DNA from: a virus
Length of the DNA: 64,000 nt
Reading direction: 5' to 3' (one strand)
IMG/VR virus record: IMGVR_UViG_3300030104_003613
Shown: positions 53,217 to 63,058 of the stretch, piece by piece
How positions within the stretch are numbered: position 1 is the first letter of the stretch
Layout of the letters: each line of letters starts with the position of its first letter
Made by a program: the position numbers and the translations under genes
Notes under the pieces: generated by a model
Told to the model about the DNA's origin: nothing
The model's input: only the letters and a program-made list of their open reading frames with translations
Databases searched by the model: none

Positions 53217-53330
53217 TTAATGGTCGTGTTCATCAAATGAGTCATCCAATTGTTTGGATGGTGGTCCAAATGACAGGTAGATACCATACGCTGTCATTAC
53301 TACAACTATAGCACTAATCGTGGCAATCAT
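53217..53330 (-). CDS. psbN: PsbN-like photosystem assembly factor
   Basis: Manual: MIATISAIVVVMTAYGIYLSFGPPSKQLDDSFDEHDH; TM helix plus FGPPS-x-L-x-D-x-F-D/E-E-H signature. Confidence 0.85.
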   Translation of the reverse strand: MIATISAIVVVMTAYGIYLSFGPPSKQLDDSFDEHDH

Positions 53331-53515
53331 TGGTTCGTAAGTTTCTCAAGGTAATCTTTTGATACTAATTTACTTTCGTACCCAGGAAAGTATTCTTTCA
53401 CTTTAATTGGTACAGCCATAACTGTGGGCCAACCACTGGCGACATAGACGGAGACACTTTTTGTTTCTTCGTCAATGTGATGTGGCCATGGAAACTTTCT
53501 TTTTCTTCTACTCAT
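53327..53515 (-). CDS. Small hypothetical protein
   Basis: Likely start MSRRK at 53515. Confidence 0.65.
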   Translation of the reverse strand: MSRRKRKFPWPHHIDEETKSVSVYVASGWPTVMAVPIKVKEYFPGYESKLVSKDYLEKLTNQ

Positions 53516-54050
53516 AGGTAAATGTTTTGTTTTTAACTTTAGTGTCAAATTCACCAGTGCGTCCTGGTCTCATCTTCCCTACCTTAACATTCTTACCCTT
53601 ACCTGGCCAAGATGTTTTGGAAGTTCCTTTGAGTGTCGCAGATCCACCTTTCTTACGCTGGATTAGAACTGAATCTTGGTCATCTTTCCCTGACCCTGAT
53701 TTTACATTCTTTTTGCGTTTAAGTCCACCCTCTGTGCCCAGTTTCTCAACTGTCTTCTTGAACTTCCTCTTACCCATCTTGCCGGAAGAAACTACATGAG
53801 ACTTCTCTCCCACTTTCTTCTCCTTATCAGTTCCAGGATTCTCTGTGTACCTTCCAGAAACTTTTGTAGGACCAGGAAGACCAGCACCACGAATTCTTTT
53901 TTCAGTTCTCTTACTTCTTTCTTTATTCTCTTTGGATGACTTATCTCCACGTTGTCCAGATAGAATTGCCATTCCACCTTTTTCGGACTTGGAACGAATT
54001 CTATTCAGAGAAGTCTCTTGAAGTTCTACAAATTCTGCGAATGTTCTCAT
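53508..54050 (-). CDS. Basic late protein with capsid-targeting-like N-terminus
   Basis: MRTFAEFVELQE; late promoter 54069-54076. Confidence 0.75.
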   Translation of the reverse strand: MRTFAEFVELQETSLNRIRSKSEKGGMAILSGQRGDKSSKENKERSKRTEKRIRGAGLPGPTKVSGRYTENPGTDKEKKVGEKSHVVSSGKMGKRKFKKTVEKLGTEGGLKRKKNVKSGSGKDDQDSVLIQRKKGGSATLKGTSKTSWPGKGKNVKVGKMRPGRTGEFDTKVKNKTFTYE

Positions 54051-54068
54051 TTTCCAAGACTTTCTAGT

Positions 54069-54111
54069 TATTTATAATTAGGCATAAAAAAAGGAGACCC
54101 GAAGGTCTCCT
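54069..54111 (-). terminator. gp23 terminator followed by late promoter
   Basis: AGGAGACC-TTCG-GGTCTCCT-T6, then TATAAATA. Confidence 0.9.
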
Positions 54112-54130
54112 GGAAATATGTGAACCGAAA

Positions 54131-55564
54131 TCACATGAGGTTCTTAACGGCAACGCGACGATAGTAGCGGTTGCTGTTGATACGCAGTCTACCCAGACCT
54201 TGGGTAGTACCTTCAGCGAAGGGGTTAGCAACAATACCGTAGCGGGTCTTGAAGCCAATCTTGGGCTGGAAGGTGTCCTCTCCAACGGCGCGAACCATCT
54301 GAAGGGGAACATAGGGGCAATAGAACAGACCAGCGTCATAAGGTGAAGAACCCTTATAACCAACAACGTAGTACTGGTTGCCGCCGTTAGAAGCAGCGTT
54401 ACCGGTGCTCAGGTTGGCAGCATAGGGGTCAATGTAGACGCGGAACTTACCATTGATAGTGCCAGCGAAGGTGTTGCCGGTGTCATCAACGTTCAGGTTG
54501 CTGTTCAGAGCAGGGGTGTAATCCAGGATACCTGCCATGGTCAGTGCGGAGGCAACGTCTGCCGAGCACATGATCATGTTGCCCTTCCCTCTACGAGTTC
54601 TTTGTGCGATGGCGTTAGCATCACGCTCGATTTGGAAGAGGAGACCCTTGAACTTCTCAACGGACCAACGACCATTGGAGTCAACATCCAGGTCGAATAC
54701 ACCAGCAGTAGCGGTGTTAGAAACAGCGCCTTGCTCAGCAATCTTGTAGATCGTTCTGATGACTTCTCTGTTGATCTCAGCGAGGATTTCAGTAGAGAGG
54801 ATGTTAGCAAGTTCTGCTTCAGCGTTCAGACCGTGAATTGCCTTCAGGTCTTGTGCCAGTTCCAGGGAGTACTCTGCTTTCAGAGCTCTGGACTTAGCGG
54901 TAACAGTGACTTTCTCAATCGAGAATGCCATCTGGTTGAACTGGTTGCCAGTACCATTGCCCAGGTTCTCGGCGTCACCAGTAACCATACCCTGACCGAC
55001 ATTATAGGCGGTAGAGGTGGCGGTTCCGACAGGGTTGAGGACGGAAGGATTGGTGCCTGCACCTTGTGAGGTAGTACCAAGACCAACAGGACCGTCAGAG
55101 AAACCAGCGGTCAGATCGTTACCATCATCCTGACCGGAGAATGCGGTGTTAACTTCGTCATAGAAGGTCTCAGGACCACCTTGACGGGTGTAGCGGGAGC
55201 GCATTGCGAAGATCAGTCCAGTAGGACCGTTCATCGGTTGAACGCCAGCGAGGTCATATGCGACCAGGTTAGGCATTGCGCGTCTGATCAGGGAGATCAG
55301 AACAGGGTCGAAACCGGCAACAGGGCCAGCATCAGGAGCGCCAGCACCGAAACCACCAGAAGCACCAGCAGCATTACCTGCGTTGGTGGGGGTTTCCATC
55401 AGGTTCATACCTGACGAGAATGCGGCTTCTTCCTTAAGGAATTTCTCTTGGTTCTCAAGCAGGACAGCGGTTACGGCTCTTCTGTGATTGTCTTTGATTG
55501 AATCAAGACCCTCATAGTCGAGAAGAGGACTCCACTTTTCCTGCAGATGCTCGGATTGGAACAT
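54131..55564 (-). CDS. gp23: Major capsid protein
   Basis: GVQPMNGPTGLIFAMR, AKSRALKAEY, QPKIGFKTRYG. Confidence 0.98.
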   Translation of the reverse strand: MFQSEHLQEKWSPLLDYEGLDSIKDNHRRAVTAVLLENQEKFLKEEAAFSSGMNLMETPTNAGNAAGASGGFGAGAPDAGPVAGFDPVLISLIRRAMPNLVAYDLAGVQPMNGPTGLIFAMRSRYTRQGGPETFYDEVNTAFSGQDDGNDLTAGFSDGPVGLGTTSQGAGTNPSVLNPVGTATSTAYNVGQGMVTGDAENLGNGTGNQFNQMAFSIEKVTVTAKSRALKAEYSLELAQDLKAIHGLNAEAELANILSTEILAEINREVIRTIYKIAEQGAVSNTATAGVFDLDVDSNGRWSVEKFKGLLFQIERDANAIAQRTRRGKGNMIMCSADVASALTMAGILDYTPALNSNLNVDDTGNTFAGTINGKFRVYIDPYAANLSTGNAASNGGNQYYVVGYKGSSPYDAGLFYCPYVPLQMVRAVGEDTFQPKIGFKTRYGIVANPFAEGTTQGLGRLRINSNRYYRRVAVKNLM

Positions 55565-55614
55565 TTGCTTTTACCTTTAAATTAACGTTATGTGTTTGTT
55601 TGAATTGATATAAT

Positions 55615-56682
55615 TCAAGAATTTCTAAACGCACCCAGTGCCTTCAGATATGAATCCATTCCTGCGGATACAGGAGCATCAGTCGTATCTACACCTTCGG
55701 AAAGGGTTTGAGGGGCGGATGCTTTAGCAGCAGGAGTGCCTCTGGAGAAGTATGACTCCTTCAAAGTTTCCAGCTTCTCACGATATTCGTCCTCACTTTC
55801 AAACTCAACACTTTCGGCAAGTGAAGCGAGCTTCTCTTTCTGAGTAGACGCGAGTCCTTCAGAAACTTGATCGATGATGACATCAGCAGTGGACTCGGCG
55901 AGTCTCTTATTCAGTCCGATGTTCTTGTCGATCTGCTCATTGAGCTTGGTTTCCATTTCATCAAGTTTTTCTACCATGCTTTCCAGCACATCATATTTCT
56001 CTTCAGGGATAGTTACATAATGTTCTTCAAAAAGACCCTTCATTCCAGAAAGGAATGATTCGGTCATTTCGGTCTTCAGACCAGCTTCGACAGCCAGTTC
56101 GTTCTCGGACATCCACTCTTGGCAGACATACTCAAGATACGCATCGACTCTCTCAGTCAAGGTGTCCTTAAGACCTTCCTTTTCTTCTTCTAGTCTAGCA
56201 GCGTACTGCTCTTCTAGAACGTCTTGGATTTCTCTGATCTTAGAATTAAGTGCGGCTTCAAAGATGACTTTCGCCTTTTCTCTGAATTCTTCGGAGAGTT
56301 CTTCGCCACCGAGCAGAGCGTTAACGTCTTCTTCAACGTCATACTCTTCTACAGTTTCTTCTTCCTCGGCAACGATTTCTTCAGTAGAAGTCTCCTCTTC
56401 TTCAAGAGTCTCCTCTTCTACCTCAGCTTCTTCGCCGTAGCTGCCTTTTTTAGATGAATCCATTGCGTCTGCCTTTTTAGCACCCTTGTTGACTACATCA
56501 GCGACAGTTTTGATCTTAGGCTCTTTGAGCTTTGCAGAATCATCATCGGGTTTGTAGTTCTCAGGGGTGGGTCCACCCAGATCCTCATAGGAACCTGAAA
56601 GACCTTCGCCCGTAAGACCCAACTTAGGCATTGGGTCAGCAGGTTTTGCGTTGGCATTCACAGCAGTTTTAGATTGCTCCAT
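55615..56682 (-). CDS. gp22: Prohead core scaffold protein
   Basis: Acidic coiled coil; EWMSENELA; late promoter 56725-56732. Confidence 0.95.
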   Translation of the reverse strand: MEQSKTAVNANAKPADPMPKLGLTGEGLSGSYEDLGGPTPENYKPDDDSAKLKEPKIKTVADVVNKGAKKADAMDSSKKGSYGEEAEVEEETLEEEETSTEEIVAEEEETVEEYDVEEDVNALLGGEELSEEFREKAKVIFEAALNSKIREIQDVLEEQYAARLEEEKEGLKDTLTERVDAYLEYVCQEWMSENELAVEAGLKTEMTESFLSGMKGLFEEHYVTIPEEKYDVLESMVEKLDEMETKLNEQIDKNIGLNKRLAESTADVIIDQVSEGLASTQKEKLASLAESVEFESEDEYREKLETLKESYFSRGTPAAKASAPQTLSEGVDTTDAPVSAGMDSYLKALGAFRNS

Positions 56683-56744
56683 TTCTTGTAAATCTCCGAA
56701 AATTAACCTTAATTAATCTATATTTATTTATAAATTAGAATCTT

Positions 56745-57395
56745 TTACAGATTGTTCAGAAAATCATCAAAAAGTCTGATCTTCTGTTCGTCAAGTTGTT
56801 TTTGATCAACCAAGGTGTTGATCTGTTTGTATGTTTTGGCAGCTTGTTGTTCTCTTAAGATACCACCATCCCATACCCAGTTCTTCCCTTCCATGATTCC
56901 CTCAACAAAAGCGTCGGGGGCAGAAGGATCTGCTACAATATCAGCAGCAGTTGACAGCATAAAATCATCACCAACGATGTTTACGCCTTCTCTCGTTTGC
57001 TTGAGTGATCCGATGCCTCTAGAAGAAACACCAAGTTTAACTCCCTCGCTAATGAGAGACTCCGCAATCTTACCCATCGGAGTTGATAGGATCTTTGCCT
57101 TACCGATAAAATTGGTTCCGTTTTCCTTGAGCGAAACAATTTTGTGACTGACGCGATCCAGATTAACAGTCGGGCCATCTGGATGTCCGAGTTCTCCAAG
57201 AGCCCTCCCAGAATTGACGTGGTTTTCAGTATATCTTTGGACTTCTTTTCTCAAAGTCTCCATAGGATACATACGACCATTCCTGTTCTTGAGATCTCCC
57301 TGAAGGAAGATGCCCTCAATGAACATGTTCTTTTTACCGTTGCGTTCTTCAACGATAAAATCAACTGTTTCGATTTCTTCTCTGATGAGTTTCAT
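56745..57395 (-). CDS. gp21: Prohead protease
   Basis: NRNGRMYP, GELGHP, GVSSRGIGS, DPSAPDA. Confidence 0.97.
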   Translation of the reverse strand: MKLIREEIETVDFIVEERNGKKNMFIEGIFLQGDLKNRNGRMYPMETLRKEVQRYTENHVNSGRALGELGHPDGPTVNLDRVSHKIVSLKENGTNFIGKAKILSTPMGKIAESLISEGVKLGVSSRGIGSLKQTREGVNIVGDDFMLSTAADIVADPSAPDAFVEGIMEGKNWVWDGGILREQQAAKTYKQINTLVDQKQLDEQKIRLFDDFLNNL

Positions 57396-57400
57396 TGTTT

Positions 57401-57949
57401 TCAGGATACTTGTACTTGTTGGATATATGCTTTGCCAGTTCCAGCCTCTGCTAAAACAGCGACCTTAATTGACTTTCTCAATTGAGTCCAGTTGTTAGGA
57501 TCAAATGTATCTGTCACCGAGGATGTATCAACATCAACCACAATTCTCGTATTAAAGAAACCAACTTCACCAGGGGTGTTGTCGATAGATTTTACGATTT
57601 TGTGAGTAAAGTCAAAGTTAGATTGACCAGCAGACAAAGTGACTGCTTCACCTACGGCAAAAGGAGAACCTGTTCCCTCTGGGAAATCAATCGTTGTAGT
57701 AGTACCAGTAGTAATACCAACCACTCTTTGTGCTGACGCCTGCCCGATAGCAATTTCTTCAGCACCACCAGACACACCAACGTAAAAGTTTTCGTTAGTG
57801 GCAGTAGGATTAGTACCGATTGCGACATAGCAACCAACAGACTCCGCCAAGACTCTGATATTCTCAACCTGTTGTGAGAAAGCAGCGGATTGAGCAGACG
57901 AGTTAGATGTGGCAAGAACTGTGTTAATGCCTACTGGTTTGATGGCCAT
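57401..57949 (-). CDS. Probable virion structural protein
   Basis: Beta-rich 182 aa between the gp67-like gene and gp21. Confidence 0.75.
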   Translation of the reverse strand: MAIKPVGINTVLATSNSSAQSAAFSQQVENIRVLAESVGCYVAIGTNPTATNENFYVGVSGGAEEIAIGQASAQRVVGITTGTTTTIDFPEGTGSPFAVGEAVTLSAGQSNFDFTHKIVKSIDNTPGEVGFFNTRIVVDVDTSSVTDTFDPNNWTQLRKSIKVAVLAEAGTGKAYIQQVQVS

Positions 57950-57984
57950 TATCTTAAATTACAATAAGTCCTAAACAATATTTA

Positions 57985-58191
57985 TTATACTTCTTCCTCT
58001 GGGGTATCATCTACTTCTACTTCTACCTCTTCTTCTTCCTCTACTTCAGGTTCGTCAAAGATAGATGCTGCCACTTGAGGGCGAATTTCTGTAATTCTGT
58101 CTGCTGATTTAGCAAAAAGAATATCTTTAATTTTGTCACTAATTTGAGCTGGAGACTCATCAGCAACAAGCAAATCCATTAATTCTTCCAT
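57985..58191 (-). CDS. Small acidic prohead core protein (gp67-like)
   Basis: Position after the portal gene; Glu-rich tail. Confidence 0.7.
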   Translation of the reverse strand: MEELMDLLVADESPAQISDKIKDILFAKSADRITEIRPQVAASIFDEPEVEEEEEVEVEVDDTPEEEV

Positions 58192-58219
58192 TTTGTGTAA
58201 AATACTTGTGTGTTGTTAT

Positions 58220-59884
58220 TTAGATTTCACCACCTTTGGGTGGTTTGATTTCTGGGGTAGTTGGCATCGGAGGCATTGCCGTTGCGTCAGCAGGAGCACC
58301 AGGTTCTGGCATCATAGGTTGTCCAGTAGCAGGATCGACTGCCATTTCAGCAGGATCAGGAATCATTCCTGAATCAATTTCTTTCTCGATCAACTTATCT
58401 TGCTCTTCAATTTCATCATCAGATTGACGCAGAACGTTTCTTCTGATGTAGTCATTGGAGTAATACTTACCAATGTATGGTTCATACAATTGTGCCAGAT
58501 TGATTCTCTCTGTAGCAAGTTCTGCTTCTTTGAGTTCAGCAAAGTGATTGTCATACAGGAAATCATACTGAATATGATCTGCCATGACCTCCCAATCTTC
58601 GAGAGTGACAATGTTTTTCAGGATCAATTGAGTTTTCAACATGTCGTTAAACATGTCCGAGAATCTCTTTCTCAGTCTGCCAACAAACTTGGAGAACTTA
58701 ACTTCGTCTCTCAAAATTTCAGATGAACGACCCATTGAGAAACCAGTATCACCTTGAATACGAGTTTCAGGAACGTTGAGTGATCTGTATAACTTCTTCT
58801 GGAAATAGTTAATATCGGTGATTTCGCCAAGGTTCTGACCACCAGGCAACGTGGTAATTTCTGTACCACGACCACCTTCTCTTCTAGGTAACCAGAAGTC
58901 CTCCATCATGGACATAAACTTCTTATCATCTCTGACTTCACCTGTGTTAGCATCATAGACAAGTTTGTTTCTATAACGCATCATGACATCACGCAGATAT
59001 TGTTCTGCCTTTTGTTTAGGCAGATTACCAACGTCAATGTAGAAGATTCTTCTTTCAGGTGCTCTTGATAGACGATAGATGACAAGCGAATCCTCAATCA
59101 TCATCAACTGATTAAGAGGTTTGATTGCCTTATGCATCCAAGACAATGTGGTTCCTTTGTTTCTGTCTACCAAACCAGAGGTACAGTAAGTAACAGAATC
59201 GCGAGTCATCCTAACACCTTTGTTTCCTCCACCACCAGGATTATAACCACCAGATGAACTAGAACTTCCTGGTGTATAAACAAAGTATTCTTCAATTTCT
59301 GGAAAGTTATAAGTAGCTGGATCTTCTTTATTAAAACTATTCCTTAAATTTTGTACGCTATCCTTACCTCTTTTCTTTAACTGACGAACATATTTCATTT
59401 TCGACGCATCAATATATCTCAACTCTTGAATACCATCTTGTGGATTCTTTTGGTCGATTACTTTATTATAGTAAAGTCTTCCGTCGATATACCAGTTACG
59501 AAAGATTTCATGCGCTTTCTTATCAAAGTCAAGCAGTTCTAGAATAAATCTAAACTCCTCTCTTACTTTCTTTTTAATTCCATCGCTTGCTCTCAGATTG
59601 GACAGTTCGATATTTACAGGACTGTCATTCGTATCTGATACAACCGCTTCATTTACAACATCTTCAATCGCACTATCACATTCAGGATACAACGCCATTG
59701 TGCGGTATCTTCTGATTAGATCATTTTCATTTTTATATTTGCCTTCGATATCAACGTATGAACCGTAAAAACCCGTCGAGACGTAGTGCTCGGAACCATC
59801 CTGATTAGAGGGTGGAACCGGGGATACTACACCCGGCGGGTTCTTATCGCTATCATCAATTGAGAATCCAAATAGTCTCGCCAT
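58220..59884 (-). CDS. gp20: Portal protein
   Basis: RAPERRIFYIDVGNLPK, EDFWLPRREGGRGTEI. Confidence 0.98.
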   Translation of the reverse strand: MARLFGFSIDDSDKNPPGVVSPVPPSNQDGSEHYVSTGFYGSYVDIEGKYKNENDLIRRYRTMALYPECDSAIEDVVNEAVVSDTNDSPVNIELSNLRASDGIKKKVREEFRFILELLDFDKKAHEIFRNWYIDGRLYYNKVIDQKNPQDGIQELRYIDASKMKYVRQLKKRGKDSVQNLRNSFNKEDPATYNFPEIEEYFVYTPGSSSSSGGYNPGGGGNKGVRMTRDSVTYCTSGLVDRNKGTTLSWMHKAIKPLNQLMMIEDSLVIYRLSRAPERRIFYIDVGNLPKQKAEQYLRDVMMRYRNKLVYDANTGEVRDDKKFMSMMEDFWLPRREGGRGTEITTLPGGQNLGEITDINYFQKKLYRSLNVPETRIQGDTGFSMGRSSEILRDEVKFSKFVGRLRKRFSDMFNDMLKTQLILKNIVTLEDWEVMADHIQYDFLYDNHFAELKEAELATERINLAQLYEPYIGKYYSNDYIRRNVLRQSDDEIEEQDKLIEKEIDSGMIPDPAEMAVDPATGQPMMPEPGAPADATAMPPMPTTPEIKPPKGGEI

Positions 59885-59921
59885 TATTAATCAGACTAGA
59901 AACGTTCGTTCTAGTTATTTA

Positions 59922-60560
59922 TCACTGAATCAGTACCTGACCTCTAGCGCCTCTGTTTGCATTCAGAGCATTACCAATCGTGAAGAACTGAACCTGGAAG
60001 GTAACAGTGAATTCTTCAATCTGATCGGTGTTGTCGTAAGACAGCTCAATAGCAGCAACTTCAGTCGGGAAGATGTCAAAGAACTTGTAGTTTCTAAGAA
60101 CGGAGGATCTTCCACCTCTTCTGTTCTTGGTTGCTTCAGCAACTCTACCTCTACCCAACTGAGTGACATAAGCATCAGTCATGTAGGATGAAGGGTTGGT
60201 AACACCAGTAGCGTCATTGAGTTTACTCATGACGTTCATCCAAGTTTCAAAAGCAGTTCTGAGTTGGAAGTCCTCATCATTGATAATGGTAACGGTCCAG
60301 GTGTCAAAGGTTCTGTCTCCAGCAACCTTCAAGATTCTGCCTCTAAAGGGGACGGGAACTTCAGCAATAGTTGAGGCAGGCAGCTGTGCTGCCTTTGCCA
60401 AGAACTTGAAGTTACCATTCTCTCTTCTACCTCCATTTCTCCAAACTCTTCTACCCAAGGCAGAAGGGAATGATGGGATAGAGCATTCAAATAGATTGGG
60501 GCGGGCACCACCGCCCGCTAATCTATTCTTAAACTGTGATAAGGTTTTTGTAATTGCCAT
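59922..60560 (-). CDS. gp19: Tail tube protein
   Basis: GGARPNLF, FRGRILKVAGDRTF, IEEFTVTF. Confidence 0.96.
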   Translation of the reverse strand: MAITKTLSQFKNRLAGGGARPNLFECSIPSFPSALGRRVWRNGGRRENGNFKFLAKAAQLPASTIAEVPVPFRGRILKVAGDRTFDTWTVTIINDEDFQLRTAFETWMNVMSKLNDATGVTNPSSYMTDAYVTQLGRGRVAEATKNRRGGRSSVLRNYKFFDIFPTEVAAIELSYDNTDQIEEFTVTFQVQFFTIGNALNANRGARGQVLIQ

Positions 60561-60595
60561 TGGTTTTTCCTCGTTAAATGATTGATATTAGTAGA

Positions 60596-62782
60596 TCAGG
60601 CTGTTGTGCCAACCACTTCATCAAACGAGATTCCAGACCTGGTTGCGATGAACGTCAGTGTAATGTAGTTAATGGATCTCGCAGGTGAGATGAAGATGTC
60701 CGCTCTGAATTCATTGTTATCAACGACAGCAGGCGTGTTATTAGTCTCATCACAAATAACTGTAAACTCTTCAATTCCTCTCTGTGCCTGAACATCTCTC
60801 AAATAAGGAATTACAATGTTAACAAAGTTCTCTCTTGTTTCCTCATCATTGAGTTCAAAGAGTTGATCATTTGCTGCTTCTTCAAGTGCTTGCTCAACTG
60901 TGAGGAACAGACGGCGAACGTTAATTCTGTCAAAAGCAGAACTATATGAAAGACCAGTCTTGTCACCGAATAGAATTACACCTTGACCATTTTGATTAAT
61001 GACAGGGTTGATTCTGTTTCCATAAAGCACGTCTCTCTGTGCTTTGTTGGGGTTGTATGCTAGTTTGACAGCATTGTTGATGTTGCCTCTTTGCTGACCA
61101 GCAGGTGAGAACCATGGGAAAGACTCAATGCTAGTTCTAACCATCAGACCCGCGATGTCTCCGTTGAGGGGAACATAACGGAACTCATTATTAAATCTAT
61201 CATAAGTGTACTTATAACCACTATCAAATACCGCGTAAGAAGATGAAGTGATAGGAGAGTAGTACTTCAACAGATTGTTAGTCTGTGTGGTTGTGTTGGT
61301 TTCTCCAACAACATTTGCTCTATGAGGAGAAATGACTGCCATACAATCCTTTCTCAACTCGGCAATAGAGATGAGCAGATTTGCCTTGGCTTGGGATTGA
61401 ACTTCGGTAGAACAACCAGGACCCATCATCAGGAAATCAACTTCGATCTCATCTCTGTTAGAGAAGAGGTTGTAAGAAGTGAGAAGATCTCCAAGAGAAG
61501 CCGATTGACCACCATTTGCTCCGTAGTCAGCACCACCGAGAAGGTTGTAACCAACGTTACCAAGCGCACTGAATTGAGTGTCTCTTGATTCCAGACCCCA
61601 AAGACCATCGCCTCTGCTTACAGGAGAGAAGTCAGTTGTGAATCCAGTTGCGACAGGAGTAGTGCCGTGGAAAGCATCTGCTGACTGTGAGGGGTTGAAA
61701 CCAGGGAAGATCCAATCTGAGTTAAGTGCCAGATAGTTCTTATAGTAGGTTTTCAGAGGTGAATCACCATCTGCTTCAGCGTCAAGTGCCTTCGACAAGA
61801 AGGACCAGGACTCAAGCAGGTTGCCAGCGACACCAGTTACTGCGCCAGTATCATCAACGACAGCAACGTGAATAGCATCACCACCGCCACCTTTTGAAGA
61901 AACGTAGTTCGTATCAACAGGTTTGGGGGCGATTGTCTTCCAGAAGATGGTGCTGTTGTTGATCTGCAGTTTCTGCTGATCGTACCAGTCTGAGGCGGAG
62001 GTAGCGGAAACAGTACCTTCTGAACCACCAGCGTTGTTGCGAATGGTGACTACATCACTCGCTTCAAATGATTGAGCAGGGTTGTTCTCCTGATAATCAA
62101 TTGCGAATTCTGTACCAGCACTGTTAACTCTTGAAACAACTTTAACGTTAATCGTGCTGTTGCTGTTGGTAGCGTCGGTCGAAACACCAGTAATGATGCC
62201 TTTCAGCATTCCATTAAAGGTTGTGGTTGTTCCTGCGCCAGGGATTGCGACGGATGAAAGTGCTGTCGTAACACCATATCCAACGGTAACTCCTAGACCA
62301 GCAAGACTTGTGGTTGCGATACCGATAACTTGGTCTGCTGCGTTATCAATCGTACAAACTTTTAGTTGGTTTGCCCACTGACCGGGGTTTCTAGCAGCAT
62401 AGTAGAACGACGTAGCAGAAGTGTAATCCTCCTGATAGTCATCGTAGTTCTTAATCTTAAGAGAGGCAGATGAACCAATTCCAACACCAGCATTAGCGTT
62501 GACCAGGTTGCTTCCGTCTGTTCTTACAACGCTCAGAATACCACCATAATTGAGGTATTCGGAAGCTGTCATCCAGTATTCGTATTGTCTATCATTGCTC
62601 TGAGGAGTGCCGAAAACATCGATCAACTCCTGTTGAGTTGTAATAGTAGTAGGTTCATCAATCGGACCCAGTTTGAAGGGGGACGCAATCGCTCCGATGT
62701 TATCGAGAACGTTTTCAGCTCTTCCTACTGTAAGATCAATTTCCCTGACTAATACGCCTGGAGATAATTGAGGAGTTGCCAT
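60596..62782 (-). CDS. gp18: Tail sheath protein
   Basis: SPGVLVREID, PWFSPAG, FDRINVRRLF. Confidence 0.97.
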   Translation of the reverse strand: MATPQLSPGVLVREIDLTVGRAENVLDNIGAIASPFKLGPIDEPTTITTQQELIDVFGTPQSNDRQYEYWMTASEYLNYGGILSVVRTDGSNLVNANAGVGIGSSASLKIKNYDDYQEDYTSATSFYYAARNPGQWANQLKVCTIDNAADQVIGIATTSLAGLGVTVGYGVTTALSSVAIPGAGTTTTFNGMLKGIITGVSTDATNSNSTINVKVVSRVNSAGTEFAIDYQENNPAQSFEASDVVTIRNNAGGSEGTVSATSASDWYDQQKLQINNSTIFWKTIAPKPVDTNYVSSKGGGGDAIHVAVVDDTGAVTGVAGNLLESWSFLSKALDAEADGDSPLKTYYKNYLALNSDWIFPGFNPSQSADAFHGTTPVATGFTTDFSPVSRGDGLWGLESRDTQFSALGNVGYNLLGGADYGANGGQSASLGDLLTSYNLFSNRDEIEVDFLMMGPGCSTEVQSQAKANLLISIAELRKDCMAVISPHRANVVGETNTTTQTNNLLKYYSPITSSSYAVFDSGYKYTYDRFNNEFRYVPLNGDIAGLMVRTSIESFPWFSPAGQQRGNINNAVKLAYNPNKAQRDVLYGNRINPVINQNGQGVILFGDKTGLSYSSAFDRINVRRLFLTVEQALEEAANDQLFELNDEETRENFVNIVIPYLRDVQAQRGIEEFTVICDETNNTPAVVDNNEFRADIFISPARSINYITLTFIATRSGISFDEVVGTTA

Positions 62783-62863
62783 GTTTCTCTCCTAAATGTC
62801 TCAAATTAACTATTAATATTTAGAAAAATAAGGTGCTTCATGGACGTGAACAAGACGTGAACA

Positions 62864-63058
62864 TTACTTCTGTCTGCTTTTCTTTATTCTATCTATTGTA
62901 CACTTTTTACATTCATATGAATATGAGGATACGACTTGACCTTTATCTTTTCTAGTTCTGTAAAATCCTTCTAATAAGTTTTTTGTTTCACCACAAGTCC
63001 GACATTTTCTTTCAGTCAGAAAGAGATGATTTACATCGAATTGAGCGTCTAAATCCAT
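62864..63058 (-). CDS. Small Zn-finger protein
   Basis: CRTC...CKKC. Confidence 0.75.
   Translation of the reverse strand: MDLDAQFDVNHLFLTERKCRTCGETKNLLEGFYRTRKDKGQVVSSYSYECKKCTIDRIKKSRQK

Noticed and set aside
56682-56700. Possible loss of the gp22 N-terminus (in-frame GDLQE precedes the ATG)
   Set aside because: Cannot distinguish a true start, a deletion or an assembly artefact without homologs.
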